DNA of 64,000 bases, from positions 9,734,001 through 9,798,000 of the forward strand of contig OZ059894.1 of assembly GCA_964057225.1 (NCBI GenBank), in the 5' to 3' direction. Both the position numbers and the translations under genes were made by a program. The notes beneath the pieces were generated by a model, which had not been told where the DNA came from, did not search any database, and saw only the letters and a list, made by a program, of their open reading frames with translations. How positions within the stretch are numbered: position 1 is the stretch's first letter; each line of letters starts with the position of its first letter. Source of the stretch: Auanema rhodensis (lineage: Eukaryota; Animalia; Nematoda). Positions 24,277-39,573 of this stretch are shown one piece after another.

Positions 24277-26406
24277 ATGAAGAAGAAAAGGCTGATCAGA
24301 TATTTTGAAAATCAGTGATGTAAATCAATTTGAAAGAGAAAGAAAAAAGGAATTCATTAAGTGCTAAAAATAGAGAGACAATGATTCAAGTCAACAGAAT
24401 AACAACGATCAAATTCATATTTTTGGAATATCTAGCTTGAATATGAGAAGGTGAAACGAAGTAGTAGCAGCTGTTCAGAAGATTTACAGCATATTTCCAT
24501 TGGAGAGCAAAGATATAAGCATAAAAGGTATTCGATACCAGATGTTTATCTTGAAATTCTGGTTAAAAGTTCATCAAAAGTTGAAGAAAAAGGTTGGAAA
24601 AGACGTAAACAGAATTTGAATGAATGTCATCCAAGCTGATAAGAGGTGCATTCCAATATCATCTGCCTCTATAGGCAGGACAGACAGAACGGACAGCTGG
24701 ATGAGATTGTTGTTGGTGTCCCAAATGGGATAGCAATGGTTGTAACAATCGGTTCATCCATCAAATAGCTTTACTTATAACTTTGATCTGTTTTTCAGGA
24801 TAAACTAAATATTTAATGTTTCATATTTCGAAGGAGTTAACAGAAAACCGTCAAAAAAACCAGAAATCAATAGCAGAACATAGAAAAGTCTGATCAAATG
24901 TGCTTGAAGTGATATTTTATTTGATACATAGAGAGATGAAAAAAAAAGAAATTAATTGGTAAACAACAATTGTAAGAAATAAACAAAACAACAAAACAAA
25001 TAAAAATGAAATTTACAGACTTATTTAGGGAAACATTTGATCAAAACGTGCTGTATTCGAATATTTGGACATATCTTTTATCGGGAAATTATTCAAAAAC
25101 AACTTTTTTTGCGCCAAAAAGACAATATCGAACACGGTTTATAGATGTTCAATGAAGTTCAAGGCGTTGGAATTCAAAGCAATGTGGAACATTGAGCATG
25201 GCTAAATTAAAATCAACGACAAAAACGACGCATCCGGTCTATCACCAATGATGATGGAGCTGAGGTCTTTCTCTTTTTCTGTTATTGTCTCATCTCTCTT
25301 TCACATCGGTGCTATTTCAAGAAAATCTTACTGCCAGTCGTCGAAGACGTGCCTCTTCTTCTATTGTAATGATCTCTGACTCTCTGCTCACAAATCCCGA
25401 TGGAACAACTGCAAAAAGGCAGAAAGTGGGATTGGAGGGGGAGGGTAGAAGGACGGTTGTAAAGCAAAAGGCAGAAAGACAACGGTTAGAGATCACAGCC
25501 ATCTGAGAGGACCAGAAGTTTGTGTAGGTGACTTGCTCCAGTGAAACAGATATCACTACTTGGGTTTCAATACCTCATAATTGATTCGAGTACATTAATA
25601 AGTCCTTGTAAGGTAAACCGGTATCACTTCTAGAAGATAATGATTTTCTTTCAAGTTCAACATCCGTAGGTATTTGGTATGTGAAACAAGACAAAAAGAA
25701 CAGGACAAATAAGTTTTATATTGGATCTATTTAAATATTCATAGGCAGAAGTTTATTAAGAGAAATTTTCGAAAACCCATGATTTCCCTTGCTCATCCAT
25801 AGTCTCATGTTTTCAGCTCAACTTCTATCTATTCATTATTTCTAAGGGCATTCCGAATTGAACTATCAATAATACAATCAAAAAATAGAATCTCAATAAC
25901 ATATTTAAACTTTTCAAGAATTGTTTAATTTCTCACAAAGAACATGCTCAAATTAAACTACAGTATCCTTAAATTGTTTAGATATGGACATGCATACAAT
26001 TTCTACAGTAATCCTACAGTAATTTTAATTTTTTCAATTTTACACGACATTTAGTTTATATTCTTTTGTAAATTTAAGGAAATACGCAGTTTATAGAAAG
26101 TAATCGAATATGCACACTGAGCAAACGTGAACTTTCACGTATTATTAACCTGGTCGTACTGCCTCACGTGAACTTTCACGTGAACTCCTCTTTTGCATTG
26201 TATATGTACGTGAACTTTTACGTAAGCTGAATGATAACAAGTATATATATGAAGAAATGTTTTTTTTTATTTTAAAACACAAGTATTTTACACCAATGAT
26301 ACACGTTAATTACATTAATTAGATGCTTGAAACCCAGTATATACTTGAAAATAATTTGATAAGAAAGATAATTCAAAATCGGATCTTTAAACCGTGGAAC
26401 AAAACT

Positions 26407-28937
26407 TTATTTAGCAAGTCCAACTTGCTTCAAACTGTACTCGTATAAAGCATTGCAAGCCCCGTCATCTTTAGCAGCTGCACTTTCGTTGGCCAATTTA
26501 CAATCACTAAATAAGGAAATACATTAAATTGTATTAAAATAAGATCATACCGGAAGTATTTTCCACTAATTCCGTCAACTTTCTTACTGAGAGAGAGGAA
26601 AAGAGATGTCTGAGCGCCGTCTTTTGTTGTTTTAAAGAAAAACCATCTGGAACAATTATCAAATGATAAAGTATTTAAGAAATCTTGAATTCTTACTTGA
26701 ATGGAATTGAAATTTGGCGGATAGGTGTGGCATTTAGTAACGTATTTCTAGGCAAATCCGTATCAACAACTCCAGGATGTAAGCTGTTGATAGAGACATT
26801 TGAATCTTGTGAGCGTATACGCTTAGTAAGTTCTCTAGCATGCATCACCTAAAAAAGAATTAAGTAAATATAAATTGGATGTCATTACATTAGCTAGCTT
26901 GGAGCGGTTGTAACTTTTGTAGGAGCCGAAATGTGACTTTTCATCGATCTTGGTAAGATTAAGAGGATTGCTATACTGATGAAGCTCAGAAGAAACATTA
27001 ACAATGCGTCCACCGGTCGATTTTTTCAGCGCGGGGAGAAGCAATTCTGTCAGAAGGAAGGGTCCTGCAATAGAAGTGTTACAACAACAAAGTAGTATAC
27101 AAATAATGAACGCTTGGAAACTAGTTTTAGCACTTCATACTAGTATTTTGAACACAACAATTATAAAAAATTCAGGTGACAAGACCAAAAAAAGCAAGAG
27201 AGCACAATCCAAAACCTGTCATTAGAGTAGTGAATTATGATTGAAAATTACGAACAGAAAACTAGTGCAACAAAGAACCATGATGAGCTCAGAAAACAGA
27301 TCAATAGAACGACCCTGGGAAGAAAAATCGAAAAATATTTTCCTACAAGTGCCACATGTCAGGGAACAAAATAAACAGAAGATCCATTTATTGTTTCTGA
27401 AGTCATGTTACTTAGGTCATTACCATGTATTTTCGTTTGAGCTTATTGTCGTTGAAATTTGTTCACGTTTTCACACGAATTTGTTTTCTTAACAACCTTG
27501 CATTGATTCACTCACCTCACTCACCTTCACTCGATTAACGTGAATTAGAGATAAAGAATGAGTGAGAGGGAGAGAAACAGGAAGAAGCATATCAACAAAC
27601 AGGCATTCAAAACCATTCTCTTTGAAATTAGTGTGGATCCGCTTCTGAACAGCAGGAAACGTTTACATCTGTTCCACATTTACTAGGTATTCACGTTCTC
27701 ACTCATACATTTCAGCGTATCTAGTTACTACTTATTCATCTTATAATCGCTTGCTCGGCATAGTAGCTTATCAGTGAAAAGTTTTAAATTGATTGATTCT
27801 CATTAGTATTAGCTGTACAATCGAGACAACTTTCCATTTCATTTGCGTAATGCGCTTAGTTACTCACCTAAATAGTTGGCTTGCCAGGTTTCCTCATGCC
27901 CATCCACTGATTTAGCATACTTCGTGCACACAACTCCAGCATTGTTAACAAGAATATCGATTTTGCTCTCAGCTAAATAACAGAAATGATCAAACATGAT
28001 CAAGACAGCATTACCTTGTAAAATACGCTTTGCACAAGCTCTAACACTGTCCAAATTCATAAAATCACAATGCTCGATGAAGATTCTTGTTGCATCACAA
28101 CCTTTCTGTAAGTGAATTCGTCATTTTAGGAATGAACCTAGACAACAATGTTCCGTATTTTCCTCAGAATGTTTACGTTAAATGCAAACCAATAGCATTT
28201 ACTTCAGATGCAAATCTTCACGCTCTTAGACCAATACGAGGAGTTATAGTAAGTTTTCGAAAAATTGCATTGCAAAAATCATATTTTTCTCTAGGCTTCA
28301 GCAGAACGTATGATAAGAAACACCCAAATTGTACCTATTGAAAGCCCTATTCTTCGACCTATTATATCACACGAAATTGCTTCATGCGCAAGACGAAGAA
28401 ATATCCTATTAACTATACTAATTTCATCATTATCTGTAGGTGTTTACATGGGACGATTGGGTGCTAAAACAGTTGATGATTTTGATGATTATCTCGTAAA
28501 AATAAAAGAGCAAGAGCAAATGGATCCATATCGTTAAGTAATGTCTATATATTTATACATATCTTTTACCTTGACTAGCTTAATTTTAGCTTCATTCGCC
28601 TTATTCTCATTCCGACACAGCATATAAACCTAAAAACAGTTGTTTTATTGAAATAATGATTCTATATAATTATATGTTTACCTTAGCTTTTGCAAGGTTT
28701 AGCCCACATACTGTCTCCAAACCAATTCCGCAGTTTGCTCCAGTAACTACAGCTACCTTTTCTTTGGCCGATACTCTTTCATTAAATTGAGCCCCTTTGA
28801 AGAATTTTCTGTAATAAATATTGAAATTTTCACGTTTTTCTCTTCACTCTTAAACAATACCTGACCAAGAAAACAATTGTACCCGTGAGAACAACAGAGA
28901 ACAGCAACGTGACGAAACTGCTGGATTCGTCTTCCAT
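26407..28937 (-). CDS. dhs-22: Short-chain dehydrogenase/reductase, retinol dehydrogenase (RDH12/13/14)-like, 9 exons
   Basis: N-terminal hydrophobic anchor, RKFFKGAQFNERVSAKEKVAVVTGANCGIG (TGxxxGIG), LVNNAG, GRIVNVSS, catalytic YNRSK, SLHPGVVDT, GAQTSL, ending ...YEYSLKQVGLAK*. It closely resembles C. elegans DHS-22 as recalled; the symbol is less certain than the family. Confidence 0.88.
28132..28537 (+). CDS. Nested antisense two-exon gene encoding a ~119-aa single-pass membrane protein (weak EMRE-like C-terminus)
   Basis: ttttag|gaATG at 28132; exon 1 28132-28248, 46-nt intron GTAAGT..CTAG, exon 2 28295-28537. The protein ends RRRNILLTILISSLSVGVYMGRLGAKTVDDFDDYLVKIKEQEQMDPYR*. It lies wholly inside SDR intron 3 (28106-28569). 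Confidence 0.65.
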
Positions 28938-29229
28938 CTAAACAAATTTTTAAATGAAAAACGCAAAACCGAATAACAGTTCAAGCAAAAGTCAATGGCA
29001 AGTTTCCGTCAGCTGGCAAGAAAAGACATAGAATAGCTGTTACAACAAACTTGAGGAACGAAGATCATTGAGATATTTCAACGTGGAAACGTTCGCGAGC
29101 AAATAAAATATTTACATAGGAATTTTATTATTTTCTATAATAAAACGATTGCTCGAAGTGTTAAAACTGATGTAAAAAAAATGCAACTTATGACACATAA
29201 AATTAATCAACTCGTAAATATATAAAGAT

Positions 29230-32200
29230 TTAACTTGGAAGAACGAGATCGGAAATAAATGGCAAGCTGGAATAAGAATTACAGAATTTGAAAAGACATA
29301 CAAACTTACACTTCTGTAATGTAAAGCCAGAGACGAGATTCCTGTCTAATGGTGTCGAAAATTCTTCTTTCTACGTGAATTAATATCAAGTACGGACTAT
29401 TATCCTAAAAATTGAAAAAATAACTTAAAGCCGAACACGAAAAATATTACCTCAATATCATTGATATTGATAGCTGCTCGTTGTAAATCATAAACAAAAA
29501 AAGGTTCTTCGGGATTTAAAACTGTGTGGAGTAAGAGTAGAAGGATATCTCTTGAGAATGAACGGATAGCACCTCTAAATAAAATGATTTGATGATATCA
29601 TAAGAATGTTATGAAATAACAAACCTTGTGAATGAATCATTCATTAAAGAATTAAGAACCAGACGAATAGTCCTATTTTCTTGAGTGTCTACTTTATGCC
29701 ACACACGCTCAATATAATCCCCAGAACTTTCGTTAACCAGCCTCTTTTGTAAATCTGTTAAACCAAATTCTTTAAAACGTTTGAAACCTTTAAAAACTTT
29801 TGTATAATTCTTCATGGAATCTCTTTGCTTGCACATTATCAGAATTATATCGATTCAAGGGTCTAGGCCAATCTTCGACAGTTTTCCTGGAATGATTAGA
29901 AGGAGTTACTCCAGAATAATACAAAGCACAAACTCTGTCCACTCCGATTTGAAACGATGAGACGGTTCATCCCATGAAGATTTGCTTGAACCTGTTTGAT
30001 GGACATACCTAGAAAGAACTGATAAGACATTGAAAACTGCAGTCAGTTCATACCGATCAACATGCGGAGCAATGGTTTGCATTGGCTGCTCTGTTTTTGG
30101 TATCGGAGAAGAACTTGTTGACATCACGCTATCAGATATGTCTTGAAAAGGTTTGGGCTGAGTAGGCCAATTCATCTGGTTCGAAGAAGGTCTTTCGAAT
30201 AAAGATGAATCATTGCTTCAAATATTCAATAATAAAAGTTTTCGTTCAATTACATTACTAACTTGTTCGAAGCGTGAGAGTTGGGTCTAGAATCATAATT
30301 CCGGGATTGCGTATAATCTGAAAAGTAAAATTGCGTAATCAAAACAAATTAAAAAGTACTTCTCTGGCCATATCTTATATTATTCGGATTTAATCTATAA
30401 TTTTTACCTCCGATATATTTCGGCATAGTTTTACTATGCAACTAAAACAAAAACTTCAGAATAATAAAGCTAATCTGAAAAACCTCATCAATCATTTCCT
30501 GATTATACTCCACATAGCCTTTTCTCATTAGACATGACACTGCTCTTAACTTTGAATCCAACTTCGCAATCTCAAACAAGGTATAACGAAACTACATGTT
30601 AAACTTCAAGATACTTCGCTTTCAGACATATTTTCATTCGTGCAATTTAAATTATTATAACTATGGCTAGAGAATAATTCTTGATTATTCTCCACTGGAT
30701 CTATCTCTAAATGTAAGAACCTTGAAAAAAAGTTTATTATAAGTTTCTCACTTTGGGGTTTAGATACGACTGGGGGTGAAAACCTCTCAGGCTGCGACTG
30801 ATTTTTAGATTCATTTGTCTGTAAAAAAACGTTTTAACAATGTCCTTGTAATGTAAAATAAAGGAAACCTTCGGAGTCACCATATCACGAAACAATATAG
30901 ATTCCAAAATCTTCGTTGACTTTGCTTTCTTAAAATCAAACATATAATCACGAAATTAGACTACACTTACTACTTTGGTTTCTACTGGCTTACGTGGTTG
31001 CTCGACAACTAAAAATATATTTGAATTATCTGTCACTAATGAAACATACCAGTAGACTTACACCAGTCTAAAGGATCATTATCTATATCCCATGGATCAA
31101 ACTTAAACAGAAAACTTAATTAGTTTTAAAAAATAAAATAAATTTTCTTACAATTCGCAAAACATTTAAAATATCTTGTTCAGAACATGAAGAACTATGC
31201 TCTTCGTCAGACTCAAGCGTCAGAGTTTTATTCTCCGTGGTAACTCTCTATAAATTAGACTATCCACATATTCTAATTTAAAGTTGGAAAACTAAAAAAC
31301 ATAATAACAACTTACATCAAATATTTCATTATAACAGTATTCGTCTGTTAAAAACCCGCCAATATATACGGAATCGCCTTTTTTGGTTGACACTTTATAA
31401 TATGCTACTTTCCAACTTTCCTAAAAACAAATAATTTTCTTTTTAAACTGAATTCCTTGTTACCTCAGATGAAGTATCTAGTTTTTTACATAATGATAAG
31501 TGCTTGTCCAATAGTATTATACGTTTCCCATCACTTGTCTTTGCAATGTAGTTATCATTCACGTTAACTAACTTAAAAGACGAAAAGTCTCTTGTTTGCA
31601 GTCTAACAAACCTCAACATCCTTAGCAAAAAACAGACTTCTAGTTCGGTAACTTCTATTGCTCTTCACTGATGTTGCCTAAATGCTCGGCTCATTTACAC
31701 CTCTATATAAGGAAACTCACTGCAAAACTGAAGAAACGACATGGAAAATTCAGCATTATAGCGTTGAACATAACAGGGTCCAACGGAGCGAAGAGCTAAT
31801 ATTTCCTTTCGTTATTTAAAAAATCAGGTTAAACACCTACTGTTTCTAAATTTACATCGTCTTTAGCTGGATGAATTATCAAGCCAACTTTGCAGTGCCA
31901 AATGACCATATACTCTTTATGAATATCAAGAACAACTCCCGACCCTATAGAAGAAAATGAAAAATTGAAGAATTGGTATTATGTATAACCTTCGAATTTG
32001 GCTCCAGGTTTTCCATTTTCTAATAACACTTTCGCACATCCCAATTCTGACTTAACATGAAGTAGTTCTGAAGATGTTTCAAAGCATCCATTCAGTCTGC
32101 TCATTTGTTTCTAAATATTTCTGAATATTTCATTATCTTAGAATGAAGAAACAAACGCAGGTGGCATACTTGTGTTGGAAAACACTAGCTTCATCATTCC

Positions 32201-32414
32201 ACTTGCAATTGAACTCATACCATCTACCAAACTCGTCTGACTTAACTGGGTCAGTAACAATAACATTTCCTACATCTTTAGAATAAAGATAAAAAGTATT
32301 CGAATCTGAATAGTATGATATTGAAAGTGCTTCAAACTTTTTTTTACCATTTTCCAAAAACGCTGAGTCAATATGCCGTAATAACACCCCAGATAACTTT
32401 TGTAAAGAACCCAT
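29230..32414 (-). CDS. Uncharacterised multi-exon protein (beta-rich N-terminal region, central low-complexity N/R/S/Y/P region, helical C-terminus)
   Basis: ORF fragments 32133..32447, 31443..31628, 30737..30943, 29906..30175 and 29609..29836 lie in one run. Several junctions checked are joined in phase by 40-55-nt GT-AG introns, e.g. ...FAKDVE|LVNVND... and ...VETKV|KAKSTK.... The start (MGSLQK at 32414) and stop (TAA 29232-29230, AATAAA at 29129-29124) are best guesses. Confidence 0.7.
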
Positions 32415-32641
32415 TACGCAAGTAACGAAGTTGAAAGTTGCTTTCAAAAGTGGTCTCTAAGCAAGACAACTAGAAAAGCTCAAATTCCAAAATACCACCG
32501 AACTTGAATACAGAATAACAGCATTAATCGGCATGTACGCAAAAAGTATTTTAGATCACGCTTGAACTTGCGACCACACTTCAACTTTAAATTTTGAAGT
32601 TATATATATATATATATATAATAATTATAATTAACAATAAT

Positions 32642-33784
32642 ATGTCTGATGAAGATGATTATATGGCTGAAACCTTTCTAACACAAGCTGAAACTGTTAG
32701 TAGGCCAGGTAAGAATTTTATTCTTTTTTTTTTCATTTTGAAAATTTTCGTATTAGGTGTTTCGACAAGTCATAATCACAGAAGGCATCTTATAAATGAA
32801 AGTAAAAGAGAACGAAATGAGTTTCATATGAGAAGTGCTCCGAAAAAAGCTGAATTAGGTATGTATATTATGAGTTTGTTGTAATTCTCCTTTTTTATTC
32901 AGAAAAAAACAAGAGAGAGGAAGCTCTACAAAAACCCATATGTGAGAGTTCGAAAGGATTTTCATTGATGGCCAAAATGGGTTACAAGCCTGGAATGAGT
33001 TTAGGAAAAAAGAAAGATGGTATTTAAAAATATTTCTCAATCGTATAAATTTTTAGTTTTTAGAAAATGATATGGGAAGTGGAATAAAAGAGCCAATTCC
33101 ACTAATGCTAAAGACGGATCGAAAAGGTTTAGGAACTGGTGCTGTAGAAAAAGAAGAAGCAGAACTTCGTGTGAGGGCTGCTATGGATCAAATGCTCAAT
33201 TTAGCTCGAAATAACGTATTTTCTTTTCTTTTTATTCATTGTAATAAGTTAAAATAGGAAAAATTAATACATTCGTACCGGAAACGCAAACGTGATGGCA
33301 GTACCACGAAGCAGTTAATCGGCGATATCTTAAGAAGCAGATCAGCTTGTGAAAACTTAGATCTAAATGCAAATCTTCGAATTCCCGCAGTGTCATGGTT
33401 TTGGAAATCTTTCCGGGATAGGAATGCTACAGAGAAGAAGAATGTAGTCGACAGTGATGATGAAGATGACATTACGTAAGTTTTCAAGTGTACATATGCT
33501 TTTTATATTTTTTCTTTTAGATATCATTATTCGAACGGAGAACCGGGACCAGCCGAGGAACGTTATAATGAATTTTCTGACGATGTTTTAGAAGAAAGGT
33601 ATTTTGAATTTACATTGACGAAAAGTTAACAAGTTGATATTACAGAATTCAACAAATTACCTTATATTTGCAAGAAACTTATTATTATTGTACGTGGTGT
33701 GGTACGTCATATTCTGATCAGGAAGATTTTAAACAAAATTGCCCTGGACCTAGTCGAGACGCTCATGATGATTGTGAAGATTAA
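32642..33784 (+). CDS. GPATCH11: G-patch domain-containing protein 11 (CCDC75) homolog
   Basis: MSDEDDYM N-terminus; G-patch SKGFSLMAKMGYKPGMSLGK...GIKEPIPLMLKTDRKGLG; C-terminal DUF4187-type YLQETYYYCTWCG...CPGPSRDAH. Multi-exon. Confidence 0.9.
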
Positions 33785-33955
33785 TCTTTCATAATAACAT
33801 CTTAAGTGTTTCCAATTTTCATTTTTAAAGAAATAAATGATCTCATCAGATTACTATTTATCAACTATGTTTGACATGTTCAAGTCTGCTCTTCACTAAT
33901 TACTTATTTAATATTTTAAAAATGATATATATGATATTACTATAACCATATATAG

Positions 33956-36141
33956 ATGAATAATAAGCCGTCTAAAATTTTATGTTGTGGAGATGTAAAC
34001 GGAAAATTTGTTCAACTTCTTAAGAAAATTAATGCTGTGAACACTAAGGTTGCTCAAGCTGTGAAGCTTTACAGTTAGAATTTTATTCAAGAATGGACCA
34101 TTCGATATCTTGTTTTGTGTTGGAGAATTCTTCGGTCCTGATGAGGAGGAAAACGAAAAAGTCATCAATGGTCTAGTTCAATTTCCATTTCCAACTTATA
34201 TTCTTGGTAATATTGAATGAAACTCTCAGTTGTATAATTTTTTCTTGGTTTAGGTCCCTGTTGTCCTTCAACTTCTGCATTATATCCCGAAAATTCTATT
34301 GAATTTTCATCTAATTTGACATATTTAGGAAAACGTGGTCTACTGAATACAGCGTCCGGTATTCCATATCAGAAGATTATTAATCAATGTTGTTTTAGGC
34401 TTACAGATAGCATATTTAAGTGGAGTGGAAGGAACTAAATCAAATGCTTTCCAATTTACTAAAGAAGACATTCAGGTTTTTTTTTCATTTTTTTTGTATT
34501 TTAAATATTATATTCTGTCAGGAATTATTAATTCCAATCAAAACACAGTCAGGATTCTTAGGCGTAGATATTCTGGTAACTTCTATGTGGCCCGCTGGGG
34601 TATGTTGTTAATGGTTTAACATGAGTGTAACTTCTATTTTAGGTTTCAAATCATGCTCATAACACCCCAAGTAGAGAAGTTGATGGATGTCGTTTAATTT
34701 CACGACTTGCATCAGCACTAAAGCCCCGTTATCACTTTGCTGGGCTTGGAGCTCATTATGAGAGACAACCTTATAGGTGGAAACTAATTTTGTTTTTTTC
34801 TAATTTCAATGAAAAATTCAGAAATCATCGTGTCTTGCTTGAACCAGCGCAGCATTGTACTCGTTTCATCGGTCTGGCAGAGGTGGCTAACCCAGAAAAT
34901 CAAAAATGGCTTTATGCTTTCAGCCTTCAAGTATTGTTTCTCACAAAGTTGTGTTTCTTAAGCAGTGTATTTCAGCCCATGCGCAAACTTTCGAGAGAGG
35001 AACTAGTAGCCCAACCACCCAATTCTTCTGAATTTCCATATATGGACATGATTCAGGAAATGTTCAATGAGTAAGTCAAGCGTCACTTTTTCTCCGATTA
35101 AGCAATGCTCATTGATTAGAGAAGCAATCGAAGCTAGAAAAGGAGATACTCGCCCCGAAGGGGCTCAATTCAGATTCGATATGACTGATGATGGGGAAGA
35201 TCCTGTCGATCGTGGTGGTCGTAAGAGACGCAGAGGAGGTAATAGAGACAATTAAATGACGCTACTTATTTTGATTTCCATAGATGGTGGTCCATCAGAA
35301 AGAAAACAGCCTACTGGACCCTGCTGGTTCTGTTTATCAAATAATGATGCTGAGAAACATTTGGTTGTTTCTGTAGGAGACACCTGTTATGTGGCTATGC
35401 CAAAGGGTCCTCTTGTTGAGGATCATGTCATGATTCTTACCATTGGTCATATACAGTCATTAGTTGCCGCTCCGGAGCAAGTACAAGAAGAGGTTGAAAA
35501 GTTCAAAAATGCTTTCATCCTGATGGCTGACAAGGTATAAAGTTGTGGTTACGAATTCATCAACATTTTGTTCAGGCTGGCAAAGCCTTAGTAGCATTTG
35601 AAAGAAACTATTGTTCTCAGCATTTGCAAGTTAGTTGAATCTATTTTTAAGTTGGTACAAGAGTAGTGTTTAGATCCAACTCATTCCTGTCCCCAAAGAA
35701 TCAGTGAAACCTTTACGAGGAGCATTTTTAAATGCAGCTAGCTTAGCAGGTTTCGAACTAACGACCGTATCAGAAGATGATAAAGTATTGGAAGATTATC
35801 AGCTTTCTGATTTTATAACTACCTTTTTAGCTTGTTGAAATAGTGAATGAGGGTTGTCCATATTTCTTTGTTGAATTACCCGACGGATCTCGATTATTCA
35901 CCAGGCAAATGAAAAACTTCCCACTTCAGTTTGGTCGAGAAGTCAGTTCTAAATCAAATCTCTTCTAACTCAAGTAATTGGCTGTTTTTAGGTCTTAGCT
36001 GGAAGCGCCATATTGGACTGTGAGGATAAGATAGATTGGCGTGCTGCTGCTCTAGATAAAGAAAAGGAAACAGCTCTGACGAAGAAAGTGCAAGAGAGAT
36101 TTAAACCTTTCGATTTCACCGCAGACGATGATAGTGATTGA
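33956..36141 (+). CDS. CWF19L1: CWF19-like protein 1 (Drn1; metallophosphoesterase-like plus CwfJ domains)
   Basis: [10 protein letters not shown]...[34 protein letters not shown]...[10 protein letters not shown], CwfJ motif GPCWFCLSN...[32 protein letters not shown]...[19 protein letters not shown]. Confidence 0.93.
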
Positions 36142-36589
36142 TATTGTGAATTGAACCGATCTCTTTATTGAATATGTTGTTGATAAATGATAAAAGTTGT
36201 TGATGTATTTACTCACAAACAAATAAAATACAATTAAAGAATTTATTTATTAAATTGTATAATTTTCTGATTAAATATGGGAAGAGAAAAAAATGATATG
36301 ATGCTTTCGATGATGTATATAATTTTTAATATTAAAAATGAAAAATATATATAATATAAAATATAATATAGAAACTCTATCAGGTAGGAAAACGTTACAA
36401 GTGGAGAAAATTTGAATATAAACTTTGTTTAATCAATGAATACCCGGAGACGGCATAAGGAACTCAAAGATAATATACTTTAGACATATCTCAACAAATC
36501 TGTTGAATCGTTGTTGAAGCAATTCTAATGACCTAATTCAGATGTTCCTCATCAAATAATTTGAAAACTGTTTAAACCGTCAGTTAACT

Positions 36590-39573
<2,984 letters not shown>

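Noticed and set aside
31443-31628. Apparent separate gene starting MLRFVRLQTRDFSS (mitochondrial presequence-like)
   Set aside because: Most of that segment is a 40-nt GT-AG intron that joins the upstream exon in phase (DVE|LVNVND), so it belongs to the larger gene.
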